From Bdellovibrionota bacterium (lineage in GTDB: Bacteria; Bdellovibrionota; UBA1018; CAIPTA01; JAALKR01), in assembly GCA_965207455.1 (NCBI GenBank), contig CBDBMJ010000001.1, positions 1,056,001 through 1,120,000 of the forward strand: a stretch of 64,000 nucleotides of DNA. The letters run 5' to 3'. Below are positions 27,828 through 38,099 of the stretch, in pieces. Below the pieces are notes generated by a model that was not told the origin of the DNA, made no database searches, and saw only the letters and a program-made list of their open reading frames with translations. A program made the translations under genes and the position numbers. Each line of letters starts with the position of its first letter. Within the stretch, counting starts at the first letter, position 1.

Positions 27828-28451
27828 ATGGAGCTACTACACTACTGGCGCTCAAGTTCTTCATGGCGTGTGCGCTGGGCTTTAGAAATAAAGGGATTGC
27901 AGTATAAGAGCCTGCCCATTAACCTCCTCCAGGGGGAAGAGAAACAAAGCACCTATCTAGAAAAAAATCCAGCAGGTCATGTGCCTCTATTGATCATAGA
28001 GGAGGAAAAGTTAGGGGAATCCATGGCCATTATGGAATGGCTAGAGGAAAGCTATCCCGAACCCTCCATACTCTATGGAAATGCTCTTGAACGAGCTCAA
28101 ATTCGCCGTTTAGCAGAAACAATCAATTCAGGCACCCAACCCCTACAAAATCTTAGTGTGATGAAGTACGTTTCCAGCACAAAAGAAAAACAAGTGCAGT
28201 GGTGCCAACATTGGCTAGAGCGTGGCCTAGGAGTATATGAATCTTTGTTGGAAAAAATTCATGAACCTCAGTGGCTTTTCTCCACAGGCAACACCCCATC
28301 CATTGCCGATTGTTGCCTCATACCTCAGTGCTATAATGGAGAGCGATTTTTCATCGCAATAGAGAAGTTTCCAAAAACTTATAAAATTTATACCCATGCT
28401 CTTAGCACGTCGGCCTGTATGGCAGCCCATCCTGATCGGTTTAAAACTTAA
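27828..28451 (+). CDS. maiA: Maleylacetoacetate isomerase (GST zeta)
   Basis: YWRSSSSWRVRWAL, SGTQPLQNL, ADCCLIPQ, AAHP. Confidence 0.88.
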   Translation: MELLHYWRSSSSWRVRWALEIKGLQYKSLPINLLQGEEKQSTYLEKNPAGHVPLLIIEEEKLGESMAIMEWLEESYPEPSILYGNALERAQIRRLAETINSGTQPLQNLSVMKYVSSTKEKQVQWCQHWLERGLGVYESLLEKIHEPQWLFSTGNTPSIADCCLIPQCYNGERFFIAIEKFPKTYKIYTHALSTSACMAAHPDRFKT

Positions 28452-30286
28452 ATACTATGGCGATACTCGTAAACCAAGTCTAAAAGCTTCTCTATAATAA
28501 TTTTTGAATTTTTAGTACTCTTTATTTCCTTACTTATACTCTCAGTTCCTTTTTGACTCTTTATCTTTATAAAGTTTTGCATAATTTGTAATAACTCATT
28601 CTTAGTGAATTTATTTCTTGCGCGAAGAATCTTTTCTGTAATATAAATAATAGCATCTCCAGTTACTGGAATATAACTGTTCTCTTTCCAAGCTCGCATC
28701 ATAAGAGAAACAAACGTACCCTTAGGAGAAGATTTCTTGATCACCTTGTTTACTAAATCAATATACTGCAATTGAAACTGACGAATTTTTCGTCTTTTAT
28801 TTCCATCTAATCTCAAACTCATTGGTGAGGAATATTGGGATTTTATGCAGCTCATGAAAACATCGGCACCAATGGGTTTTGGATCTTCAATAAAGTACTT
28901 GGGCAATTCCTGAAGAATATCTCTCATGGAGTACATTGGATAACAGTTGACACCGTCCTCTACCTTCTTAATTCCTTTTTCTGATTTCTTATACTCAAAC
29001 CATGAATAGATTTTATAAAATTCTCGTATAGCTTTTCCATGATTCCCCAACAAGAAACTTTGCTGTTTTCTATCGAACCCCATTTTCCTTAAAATATTTT
29101 TATTTTTATACTCTTCAAAACACTCATTAAACATTTTTAAGGATTTATGATTTTTAAATTTATTTATATTCTTTTTCTTTCCCGTATTTATATAATCTAC
29201 AATTTGGGCAAATGTTTGCAAAATATAAAGAGCTTTCCTTTTCTGCTCCACAATCGTGGTGGACATTCTATCTGCGTCATCATACCGGTACTGGTGATGG
29301 AATAAACCAAACTGACGAATGGAGCCATAGTCAATAATTCCTCCCGTAGTAAGCATATTATCCCCGTCCCAATCCATCCAACAAAAGATATACTCTTCCT
29401 CTAACTTTGCTGCAAATGTGCCATACCGGCGGGCAATGATATCTAAAAAATCATCATAACGATGAGCTCTGGCTTTTCTTATTTTCCAATTTTCATTTTG
29501 GATTTGCCTGTCGATAAAATAATCTATGGATGCTTGCAGACTCTTTAAATTATTTTGTTTTAAGTGATTGAAAAAATGGGAAGGACGAATAAGATTTTCT
29601 GATGTTCGAACTGTAATGCCCACATTACCAGGGAACTGAATCACAGCCAACACTCGCTCTGTCTCCACCCCTATCCTATGGAAAATCTCACTTAAAATAG
29701 CACTGGAAACTCCTTCATCTACACCCGCTAATCCAGAACCATAGGAATGATTTTTCGAACCAGTACAAATAAAATTTTCAGCTTCCACAGCCCCTGGACT
29801 TAATTTCGTTACCCCTGTGCCACAGGAGGAAAAATCCCATTGCTTGCCACGAAACTTCCTATGTCCATTCCAAATACTACGCCCATCTCCAGAGGTACTT
29901 CCATCTTTGCGACGATGCTGTATTTGTAGATAGCGCGTAGCCATGTAGTAATTAGGTTTTATATCCTTAGGAGGAATCTTTGTTTTCTTTTCAACGTCGT
30001 ATTCATTAATAATTTGAATGGCAAACGTATCCAATACTTTCTTCTCTAATTTCCCATTGATAAGATTGGGATGACTGTGGGGAATAAGACCCATCTCTTT
30101 GGCTAAATCAAAGTTAAAAAATAAAATCTTTCCGTCATGTTTTTTGCGAACCCGGTAGAGCACATATCCATCGGGAACAGCTTTCTGCCACGGATGCTTA
30201 CCATTGATCGCATCAAAGGTACGGTAGTCCGATTTTCTCTCCACACGGGGGCGTTCTTCTTTGGGACGCTGCTTTTCTTTCTTCAT
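28448..30286 (-). CDS. Divergent SelO/YdiU-like protein adenylyltransferase-fold protein
   Basis: Collinear SelO-like motifs GDGRS, GTGVT, SEIFH..GVETERVL, IRPSH, DNM...IIDYG. Start 30286 (ATG) or 30334 (TTG). Confidence 0.65.
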   Translation of the reverse strand: MKKEKQRPKEERPRVERKSDYRTFDAINGKHPWQKAVPDGYVLYRVRKKHDGKILFFNFDLAKEMGLIPHSHPNLINGKLEKKVLDTFAIQIINEYDVEKKTKIPPKDIKPNYYMATRYLQIQHRRKDGSTSGDGRSIWNGHRKFRGKQWDFSSCGTGVTKLSPGAVEAENFICTGSKNHSYGSGLAGVDEGVSSAILSEIFHRIGVETERVLAVIQFPGNVGITVRTSENLIRPSHFFNHLKQNNLKSLQASIDYFIDRQIQNENWKIRKARAHRYDDFLDIIARRYGTFAAKLEEEYIFCWMDWDGDNMLTTGGIIDYGSIRQFGLFHHQYRYDDADRMSTTIVEQKRKALYILQTFAQIVDYINTGKKKNINKFKNHKSLKMFNECFEEYKNKNILRKMGFDRKQQSFLLGNHGKAIREFYKIYSWFEYKKSEKGIKKVEDGVNCYPMYSMRDILQELPKYFIEDPKPIGADVFMSCIKSQYSSPMSLRLDGNKRRKIRQFQLQYIDLVNKVIKKSSPKGTFVSLMMRAWKENSYIPVTGDAIIYITEKILRARNKFTKNELLQIMQNFIKIKSQKGTESISKEIKSTKNSKIIIEKLLDLVYEYRHSI

Positions 30287-30548
30287 ACAATAAATATCGG
30301 TGTATCGCGTTGTTTTCTTTAGCTTTCCACCCAAAATTGACCACGCAACCGTGTTAAAGGCGCATTTTTCTGCATTTATTCCTCCTTTACGCCTCCATAC
30401 AAAGCCTTTTATCCCCCATATATTTAGATAAAAGGAAATAAACGCAGCTTCCCATATTTCTTCCTCAAAGAACTACCCTGCTCACATCAAAAAATATCAA
30501 GCTAATGACCTTGCCTTTTCTTTTCTTTACAGGTTATAAGGTATCAAG

Positions 30549-31529
30549 ATGAATAAACTTACCTATGTGGCTGTTGCCGTTCTTGCTCTCCTTCTTTTTT
30601 CTCGAACCATCTTTTATACAGTGGAACCCGACGAAGAGGCCGTTATCCTGCGTCTGGGTAAATACATTGGTACCTTTCCCCCAGGTCTTCACTTTAAACT
30701 CCCACTGGGAATAGATGAATCCATTACGGTGAAAACTCGCCTCCGCTTGCAACAAGAATTTGGTTTTCGAACGAAAAATATTTCGGGCAGGCATACTACT
30801 TACGAAACAGATCCCTATAAAGATGAATCTCTGATGCTGACCGGTGATTTAAATGTCGCCAATGTGCACTGGGTGGTACAGTTTCGAATTGCGGAACCAA
30901 AAAAATATCTATTCCATACAAAAAATCCATCACAAAATCTCCAAGATATTTCTGAATCCGTTATGCGTAGAGTGGTGGGCGACCGAACAGTAGGAGCAGT
31001 TCTCACAACAGGAAGAGCCGCAGTAGAGGAAGACGCTCTCAAATTAACACAAATGATTATTAATAAATACGATATGGGCATACAAATTATTACGGTAAAA
31101 TTACAAAGCGTGGACCCACCTGAAGAAGTAAAAGCATCGTTTAATGAAGTAAACGCAGCCAAGCAGGAACAGGAAAGTGCAATTAACCAAGCAGAGAAGG
31201 AATATAACCGGGTAATACCAAGAGAAATAGGTAGGGCAGAAAAATCAATTACTACTGCTGAGGGATATGCTATTTCCGTAGTGAACCGGGCAAGAGGAGA
31301 TGCGGAAAAATTACGAAAAACATGGTTGGCCTACCGAAAGGCACCTAAAATTACTAAAAACCGAATGTTTTTAGAAACGATGGAAGAAGTTTTGGGACGA
31401 GTCGGAAAACTGATTATTCTAGATCCCAAGCTAAAGGGAATCATGCCCCTGTATGATTCCATGCCAAACAATTTATTAAAAAGCAGCAAAGAAATCATTG
31501 AAGCCAATAAACAGAAGGCGAGAGAATAA
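30549..31529 (+). CDS. hflK: FtsH modulator HflK
   Basis: SPFH domain, MLTGDLN, VDPPEEVKASFNEV, RMFLETMEEVL. Confidence 0.92.
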   Translation: MNKLTYVAVAVLALLLFSRTIFYTVEPDEEAVILRLGKYIGTFPPGLHFKLPLGIDESITVKTRLRLQQEFGFRTKNISGRHTTYETDPYKDESLMLTGDLNVANVHWVVQFRIAEPKKYLFHTKNPSQNLQDISESVMRRVVGDRTVGAVLTTGRAAVEEDALKLTQMIINKYDMGIQIITVKLQSVDPPEEVKASFNEVNAAKQEQESAINQAEKEYNRVIPREIGRAEKSITTAEGYAISVVNRARGDAEKLRKTWLAYRKAPKITKNRMFLETMEEVLGRVGKLIILDPKLKGIMPLYDSMPNNLLKSSKEIIEANKQKARE

Positions 31530-31530
31530 C

Positions 31531-32475
31531 ATGAAAACATTTAGCGGAATTTTTGCATTATCTCTCTTTATTGTCTGTCTTTTTCTTCTGACAATGAGCA
31601 CATATATCTTGCGAGAAGGGCAGCAAGCAATTATTACTCGATTTGGTAAACCTGTTGGTCAAGCCGTAACAGCAGCAGGGCTACACTTCAAACTTCCTTT
31701 TGTACATAAGGTTCGCCTGTTGGAAAAGCGCATCCTTAATTGGGACGGAGAACCTCGCCAAATCCCCACCAGTGAGAAAAAATACATTAGCGTAGACACT
31801 ACTGCTCGATGGAAAATCATAGACCCATTAAAATTTATTCAAACAGTGCAAAACGAATACCAAGCCCGAACCCGCCTAGACACTATTCTAGACGCGGAAA
31901 CAAGAAAGGTAATTTCTAGACACCGTCTTGTGGAAGCCGTTCGAAATACTAATACCATTCTGGAAAGACCTAAGTCAAAAAATACAGAAGAAGAGGAAGT
32001 TACAGGCCGAATAGCAAAAGTAAAACTGGGAAGAGAAAAACTTAGTCAAATGATTTTTACTTCAGCAAAACCACAATTAGTATCTCTAGGAATTGAACTC
32101 ATCGATGTGCAATTGAAAAGAATTTCCTATGAAAGCAGTGTGGAACAAAAGGTATACGAGCGTATGATATCCGAAAGGCAACGAATTGCTGAAAAAATCC
32201 GATCCGTTGGTCGAGGAGAAAGTGAGAAAATCCAAGGTAGATTGAACAAAAAACTTCAAGAAATTAAATCCAAAGCCTATGAAAATGTGCAAAAAATAAA
32301 AGGTGCCGCTGATGCAACTGCCATAAAAATCTATGGTGATGCTATTAAACAAGACCCAAATTTTTATAAATTTGTTCGTACCCTAAAAGCCTATTCCAAG
32401 GGAATTAAGAGTGATACAAAACTCATTCTCTCCACCGACTCTAGCTTTTTTAATATTTTACAAAAAGGGCCGTAA
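31531..32475 (+). CDS. hflC: FtsH modulator HflC
   Basis: GLHFKLPF, VYERMISERQRIA, DPNFYKFVRTLKAY. Confidence 0.92.
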   Translation: MKTFSGIFALSLFIVCLFLLTMSTYILREGQQAIITRFGKPVGQAVTAAGLHFKLPFVHKVRLLEKRILNWDGEPRQIPTSEKKYISVDTTARWKIIDPLKFIQTVQNEYQARTRLDTILDAETRKVISRHRLVEAVRNTNTILERPKSKNTEEEEVTGRIAKVKLGREKLSQMIFTSAKPQLVSLGIELIDVQLKRISYESSVEQKVYERMISERQRIAEKIRSVGRGESEKIQGRLNKKLQEIKSKAYENVQKIKGAADATAIKIYGDAIKQDPNFYKFVRTLKAYSKGIKSDTKLILSTDSSFFNILQKGP

Positions 32476-32937
32476 CTTCCGTATTTTCTCTTCCAATAAC
32501 TGCTCCTTACGATTGAAATAGTAGGCACGATGGAAATACTCCACTCCCTCTAACGCCAAGGGAAACCAGAGTCGATCACTGGGCCACATATTCTCATAGG
32601 GAATTTCAGAAAGGGAAACCCAATGGGCAGAGCACTCCTCATTTTCTGGAACAAGCTCACCGGTGTATTGACTCGCCCGATAAACAGCGCAGGCATTTTC
32701 CCAATTACCTCCCTCAGGAAAATAAAATTCCAAAAAACCTATCTTTTTCGGTTCCAGCGGCAATAGACCCGTCTCCTCCTGAGTTTCCCGAATGACTGCA
32801 CTCAATTCCTGCTCTCCTGGGTCCACCTTTCCTCCAGGAACGTTCCAATAACCCTTCCCCTGCCCCCTTTTTTTTAAAATCATCAGCAATTTATCTTGGG
32901 AAAGAACAAAGGAAAGTACGGTGGGTTTGGGAGTCAT
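32458..32937 (-). CDS. NUDIX hydrolase (8-oxo-dGTPase/MTH1-like)
   Basis: Nudix box GGKVDPGEQELSAVIRETQEETGL and MWPSDRLWFP. Confidence 0.88.
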   Translation of the reverse strand: MTPKPTVLSFVLSQDKLLMILKKRGQGKGYWNVPGGKVDPGEQELSAVIRETQEETGLLPLEPKKIGFLEFYFPEGGNWENACAVYRASQYTGELVPENEECSAHWVSLSEIPYENMWPSDRLWFPLALEGVEYFHRAYYFNRKEQLLEEKIRKLRPFL

Positions 32938-33090
32938 AGTCATCCTTTTATGGAGCAAAACACCAGCATACAATCACCATGACCGAAACTCCATAGAATA
33001 TGCTAGAAAGAAGCGTTAAAAAATCTCCTTGATAATCCCCTAACCGTTATATATAAAATTAATAGTTTCTAAAATTTATTTGGAGGTCCC

Positions 33091-34260
33091 ATGTCAAATG
33101 TAATTATTGCTTCAGCAGCACGAACGCCCATCGGTAGCTTTCTTGGAGGGTTGTCTACCGTATCCGCAACAAAACTTGGATCCATGGTCATAAGGGAAGC
33201 CCTTAGACGAGCCTCCGTTCCCAGGGTAGATCAGGTGATTATGGGGAATGTACTTTCCAGCGGCCTGGGACAAGCACCTGCGCGACAAGCAGCCATCTAT
33301 GGAGGTCTGCCCCACTCCGTGGGAGCACTCACCATCAATAAAATGTGCGGCAGCGGCCTAATGGCCGTAAGTCTTGCAAGAAATGCAATTTTAGCAAAAG
33401 AGGCGTCCGTGGTAGTGGCTGGAGGCATGGAAAATATGAGCCAAGCTCCCCACCTTATGAATATGAGAAATGGAATAAAGATGGGACCAGGCACATTGAC
33501 GGACTCCATGATCAAAGATGGCCTCTGGGACGTATACAATGATTTCCACATGGGCAATGCTGCAGAAATGTGTGCAAAAAAATATAACTTTAGCCGAGAA
33601 GAACAAGATCGCTATGCCAAACAAAGTTTTGAACGTAGTCAACGGGCCCAGGAAGAAAAACTATTTGCAAAAGAAATCGTGCCCGTGGAAGTGCCACAGC
33701 GAAAGGGCGATCCTCTTATTGTGACGGAAGATGAAGGCCCCAGAAAAGGAAATTTTGCGAAAATGCCAAACCTAAGACCTGCGTTTGAAAAAAATGGCAC
33801 TATCACCGCAGCCAATGCCTCCACCATTAACGACGGAGCCGCTGCATTGCTTGTGATGAGTGAGGAAAAAGCCAAAGAGCTGGATGTAAAACCCATGGCC
33901 CGCATCCTTTCCTCTGCAATGCATTCCCAAGAACCACAGTGGTTTACCACTGCTCCCGTAGAGGCAATAAAAAAATCCTTGGAAAAAGCCAACCTTTCCA
34001 TAAATGATATTGATCTATTTGAGGTCAACGAAGCCTTTGCAGTGGTCGCCCTTGCAGCAGCCAAAGAACTGGAAATACCCGAAGAGAAAATGAATGTGAA
34101 TGGTGGGGCTATCTCTCTTGGACACCCCATTGGCTGTAGTGGCGCGCGAGTATTAACGACTCTCCTCCATACCCTTGAACACCGGAACAAAAAATATGGC
34201 CTAGCCTCTTTATGTATTGGCGGTGGAGAAGCCATTTCCCTAGTTGTGGAGAGGGTCTAG
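33091..34260 (+). CDS. atoB: Acetyl-CoA C-acetyltransferase (thiolase)
   Basis: INKMCGSG, NEAFA, GHPIGCSG, LCIGGG. Confidence 0.93.
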   Translation: MSNVIIASAARTPIGSFLGGLSTVSATKLGSMVIREALRRASVPRVDQVIMGNVLSSGLGQAPARQAAIYGGLPHSVGALTINKMCGSGLMAVSLARNAILAKEASVVVAGGMENMSQAPHLMNMRNGIKMGPGTLTDSMIKDGLWDVYNDFHMGNAAEMCAKKYNFSREEQDRYAKQSFERSQRAQEEKLFAKEIVPVEVPQRKGDPLIVTEDEGPRKGNFAKMPNLRPAFEKNGTITAANASTINDGAAALLVMSEEKAKELDVKPMARILSSAMHSQEPQWFTTAPVEAIKKSLEKANLSINDIDLFEVNEAFAVVALAAAKELEIPEEKMNVNGGAISLGHPIGCSGARVLTTLLHTLEHRNKKYGLASLCIGGGEAISLVVERV

Positions 34261-34264
34261 TTCC

Positions 34265-34957
34265 ATGGCTTGTCGTGTTTTTTCTTCTGCATTAGAGGCC
34301 ATCTCAGGTGTGAGCGATGGAAATACCATTCTTCTTGGTGGGTTTGGCTTATGTGGTATTCCAGAAAATTTGATCCAAGCATTGGTAGAGAAACAAATAA
34401 AAAACCTTGTCTGTGTTTCCAACAATGCGGGAGTGGACGATTTTGGCATTGGCTTACTTTTTAAAAATCGACAAGTTCGTAAAATGATTGCTAGCTATGT
34501 GGGAGAAAATGCCACATTTGAAAAACTTGCCCTATCCAAAGAAATGGAAGTGGAACTCACTCCCCAAGGAACACTGGCAGAAAAAATTCGTGCTGGAGGT
34601 GCGGGAATTCCTGCTTTTTATACAGCCACAGGTGTGGGCACCACAATTGCAGAAAATAAAGACATCCGAAAATTTAACAATAGAGAATACATATTGGAAG
34701 AATCCTTGTTTGGTGACTTCGCTTTTATAAAAGCATGGAAGGGGGATTCCTCTGGCAATCTCATATTTAGGAAAACAGCACGAAATTTCAATCCCATTAT
34801 GGCAACCGCTGCACGCACAACCATTGCAGAGGTGGAGGAGCTTGTGGAACCGGGGGAACTAGACCCCGACCATATCCACACACCCGGTATTTATGTAAAC
34901 CGTATCATTCAAAGCACATTTGAAAAACGAATTGAGCAAAGAACAGTAAGGAGATAA
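34265..34957 (+). CDS. scoA: 3-oxoacid CoA-transferase subunit A
   Basis: [40 protein letters not shown]. Confidence 0.93.
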   Translation: MACRVFSSALEAISGVSDGNTILLGGFGLCGIPENLIQALVEKQIKNLVCVSNNAGVDDFGIGLLFKNRQVRKMIASYVGENATFEKLALSKEMEVELTPQGTLAEKIRAGGAGIPAFYTATGVGTTIAENKDIRKFNNREYILEESLFGDFAFIKAWKGDSSGNLIFRKTARNFNPIMATAARTTIAEVEELVEPGELDPDHIHTPGIYVNRIIQSTFEKRIEQRTVRR

Positions 34958-34962
34958 TTTCC

Positions 34963-35619
34963 ATGGCGCTATCCAGAGAAGAAATAGCAAAAAGAATTGC
35001 CCAAGAGCTAAAGGACGGGTTTTATGTAAATTTAGGTATTGGAATACCCACCCTTGTGGCCAATTATATTCCTAAAAACGTGAACGTTACCCTACAAAGT
35101 GAAAACGGATTACTGGGAATTGGTCCCTTTCCTACGGAAGAAGAGGTAGATGCCGATCTTATCAATGCGGGAAAACAAACCATAACGGAATTACCCGGCT
35201 CCTCCCACTTTTCCAGTGCAGACTCTTTTGCCATGATTCGAGGAGGACACATGGATCTTTGTGTACTCGGTGCCATGCAAGTGGATGTTTCTGGTGCTGT
35301 TGCCAACTGGATGATCCCCGGTAAAATGGTAAAGGGTATGGGTGGAGCAATGGACCTTGTGGCAGGAACAAAAAATATAATCATAGCTATGCAACATATG
35401 ACAAAAGGTCGATCGAAAATTCTTAACAAATGCAACTTGCCACTTACGGGTGTACAATGCGTAAGTATGGTAGTAACAGAACTATCTGTGCTAAAACTGG
35501 AGCCGCTAAAAGGATTTCATCTTTTGGAAAGAGCTCCTGGGGTAAGTATCGAGGAAATTAAAAGCGCCACAGAAGCTCCATTACTGATCGACGGAGACGT
35601 TCCAGAAATACAGCTGTAA
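34963..35619 (+). CDS. scoB: 3-oxoacid CoA-transferase subunit B
   Basis: [14 protein letters not shown] (catalytic Glu), GMGGAMDLV. Confidence 0.93.
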   Translation: MALSREEIAKRIAQELKDGFYVNLGIGIPTLVANYIPKNVNVTLQSENGLLGIGPFPTEEEVDADLINAGKQTITELPGSSHFSSADSFAMIRGGHMDLCVLGAMQVDVSGAVANWMIPGKMVKGMGGAMDLVAGTKNIIIAMQHMTKGRSKILNKCNLPLTGVQCVSMVVTELSVLKLEPLKGFHLLERAPGVSIEEIKSATEAPLLIDGDVPEIQL

Positions 35620-35641
35620 AACAACTCAAATCAAGGAGGAG

Positions 35642-36685
35642 ATGAGTATGGGAGCAAGAAGTCTAAAAAAAGGAGAAACGCTTATCGAGGAAGGTGAGCA
35701 TAGTCTTAATATGTACTGGCTGCAATCGGGCAGCCTGCGTTTATATAAAAGAAAAGGCAGAGGATTTATAGAGCTTGGAGTGGTCAAGTCTGGAGAAATC
35801 GTGGGAGAGATGTCCTTTTTGGATAAAAAATCTCGCTCCGCCTCAGTGACTGCCCTAGAAAGCTCCCAAGTTGTGGAAATTCCCAGAGGGAAATTCGAAG
35901 AAATAATTCAAGAACAACCCAAATGGATGATTTCTTTAATTGCTACCCTAGTAAAGCGACTAAGGAACAGCAATAATGAATTACAAGAAGCAAAGAATGC
36001 TTCCCTCGTATATGTAAATGAGGAAAGTGGAAAAACAAAAACATACTATGAATTTATCACCATGAATACATTACTACGCATCCTTACCATCCTTTTGCTA
36101 GGGAGTAAGGTATACGAGGAAAACAGCACAGAGGGAAAAACAAAGGGCATGCCTTTCTCCATATTAAGAATGTATGGAAATCATATTATGGGAATACCTG
36201 AAGTAAAAATAAATGCTGCCTTAGAAATGATGCGAGAAGCAAAGGTATTGGCCATGGAGAAAAAAGAAGAAAACCCTTTAATCCATATTTTCAATACAGA
36301 CCTCATTAAAAGATTCATACATTGGCAGTATGAACAAAATATAGCCACTAAAGATAATCAAGTTAACTTAAGTGAAAATGGTCACCGTATTTGTAAATGT
36401 ATCTATGACTATGGAGAATTAAATACTTTTGGAAATAAAGAAGTAGGCATTTTAGATATGCAAGCCATTTATGAGACTGCTGCAAAGAAAACAGAAAATA
36501 AAACTCCTTTTGATTTTCGTTCCTTTAATGAGTTAGTAAAATCAGGATTTGCCCAAGAACTACGAATAGTTAGCAATACAAAGAAAACTACGGAATTCCA
36601 AGTAAAGAAATTCCAAGCCCTATATCCTTGCTTACATCTCCAACAGAAACTTTATCTATTTAATAATAAGAAAGGGCGAGGTTGA
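35642..36685 (+). CDS. Cyclic-nucleotide-binding domain protein (Crp/Fnr-like N-terminus)
   Basis: GEIVGEMSFLDKKSRSASVTA phosphate-binding cassette. C-terminus not recognised. Confidence 0.8.
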   Translation: MSMGARSLKKGETLIEEGEHSLNMYWLQSGSLRLYKRKGRGFIELGVVKSGEIVGEMSFLDKKSRSASVTALESSQVVEIPRGKFEEIIQEQPKWMISLIATLVKRLRNSNNELQEAKNASLVYVNEESGKTKTYYEFITMNTLLRILTILLLGSKVYEENSTEGKTKGMPFSILRMYGNHIMGIPEVKINAALEMMREAKVLAMEKKEENPLIHIFNTDLIKRFIHWQYEQNIATKDNQVNLSENGHRICKCIYDYGELNTFGNKEVGILDMQAIYETAAKKTENKTPFDFRSFNELVKSGFAQELRIVSNTKKTTEFQVKKFQALYPCLHLQQKLYLFNNKKGRG

Positions 36686-37885
36686 TTATTCTTTATTATA
36701 GATAATCTCTATTTTATCATTGCCACTGTAACGAGCATCTCCATAGAGCTTAATAAAATAACCTGACTTATAATTTCCTCTTACAGGGAAATAGGAAGTG
36801 CCTTTTCCTTCTTGATACTCATGGGCAGTATTATCACTTAGAAATAAAGACCAAGAATTTCCTTCATCACCCACAAGAATATTTGGAATAATTTCACCAT
36901 TTTTCTTTATTATAATAGAGGAAAGTATGGGCTTATTCTTTAAAGCAATAAAATCGAACTGTACTGCTTTTATGGCATCTTTGAGTTGCTCTCCAATATG
37001 GCTCAAAACATTATTCACGTCACTGGAGCAAATATTATAATTCTCACCATTGGTAACGGTTTCGTATGCACTGTCAATCCGAAGCGCCATGTCCTGGTAA
37101 CGCTTTCCTGGAAAAGCTTGCGCACCATGACAGTTTTTGGTTCGCCTGTCGGCAGATATACTATAGAAACCTATTTGAGAAATATGGTCCTTGAGCCGAC
37201 TACTGCCTGTGGTAGTAGTAAGAAGGTTTAAAAAACTATCAGCAGCACCCTTATACCCTGTATTGTTATAATCAATAATCAATTTACCATCGCTGCGTAA
37301 CCTATGAGCTACATCTGTTGTTTCTTCACCATTGGTCAAAACAATAATCACTAAAAGAGCCCCATCACGAAGAAAGCCACTTCCCCTCATGGAATCTGTA
37401 TCTTTCAAATATCCAGAAATATTCTTAAATGCAGTGTCTTCAGTACTAACAATCTCCCCTTGGAAAGAATACCAACCACTATCCCTACTCTCATTAAAGG
37501 TACTATACTCCTTTGTACTCAAACACTTTGTTCGAATCGTAGTGCAATCTGAGGCCAGAATATAGCGATCCCTAAGGTCTGGAGTGGTACCCACATTCTG
37601 CAAAGGCAGTACCGCAAAATGGTAATCTGAGAATTTGCCCAAATTAGATGTAAATATATTTAACTGACCCTTCAGGCGCTCCAGTGGGTAGCGCATGGAG
37701 GCTGATATATCCTGAATAACAAGAATATCCACCTGAGGGCTTGTGTATTGATTGGCACGAAAGCTCTGGGTAAAATCCTGCTTATCAAATGTGGCATCCT
37801 CACAGGCCATAATATTCAGCATTAGGGCGAAAAGTAGGAACTTACCCACTCTAGCAACCGTTGTATATTTATTCTTCATATTCAT
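36686..37885 (-). CDS. VWA-domain lipoprotein
   Basis: Lipobox-like IMAC, VDILVIQDISASM (MIDAS DxSxS), FLRDGALLVIIVLTNGEE. Confidence 0.75.
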   Translation of the reverse strand: MNMKNKYTTVARVGKFLLFALMLNIMACEDATFDKQDFTQSFRANQYTSPQVDILVIQDISASMRYPLERLKGQLNIFTSNLGKFSDYHFAVLPLQNVGTTPDLRDRYILASDCTTIRTKCLSTKEYSTFNESRDSGWYSFQGEIVSTEDTAFKNISGYLKDTDSMRGSGFLRDGALLVIIVLTNGEETTDVAHRLRSDGKLIIDYNNTGYKGAADSFLNLLTTTTGSSRLKDHISQIGFYSISADRRTKNCHGAQAFPGKRYQDMALRIDSAYETVTNGENYNICSSDVNNVLSHIGEQLKDAIKAVQFDFIALKNKPILSSIIIKKNGEIIPNILVGDEGNSWSLFLSDNTAHEYQEGKGTSYFPVRGNYKSGYFIKLYGDARYSGNDKIEIIYNKE

Positions 37886-37913
37886 AAACTATTTTCCTCT
37901 CTACACTCTACTA

Positions 37914-37929
37914 AGCAAAATTAATGCCA
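37914..37929 (-). promoter_or_regulatory. Sigma54 (-24/-12) promoter of the VWA lipoprotein gene
   Basis: Minus strand TGGCATTAATTTTGCT, about 30 nt upstream of the start. Confidence 0.6.
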
Positions 37930-38064
37930 TGTTTTGGTCCATGGGGTAAATATATTGTAAATAACTGAATTTATTGGATTTTTTTTCTGAACCCCCCTAG
38001 CCCCCACCCAAAGTCAGCCCTTTCATACACTAGAAATTTGTAGAAATTTTATACAGGTGAATAC

Positions 38065-38093
38065 TTGCTGTCCACCCCCATATCCATCATACT
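38065..38093 (+). promoter_or_regulatory. Sigma70 promoter ending 6 nt before GTG 38100 (leaderless candidate)
   Basis: TTGCTG-17-CATACT-AAGGGG-GTG. Confidence 0.45.
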
Positions 38094-38099
38094 AAGGGG

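Noticed and set aside
33112..35457. Multiple antisense and alternate-frame ORFs over atoB/scoAB (likewise over eno, nusA, infB, lon)
   Set aside because: They overlap well-conserved genes and have no motifs, as expected for shadow ORFs.
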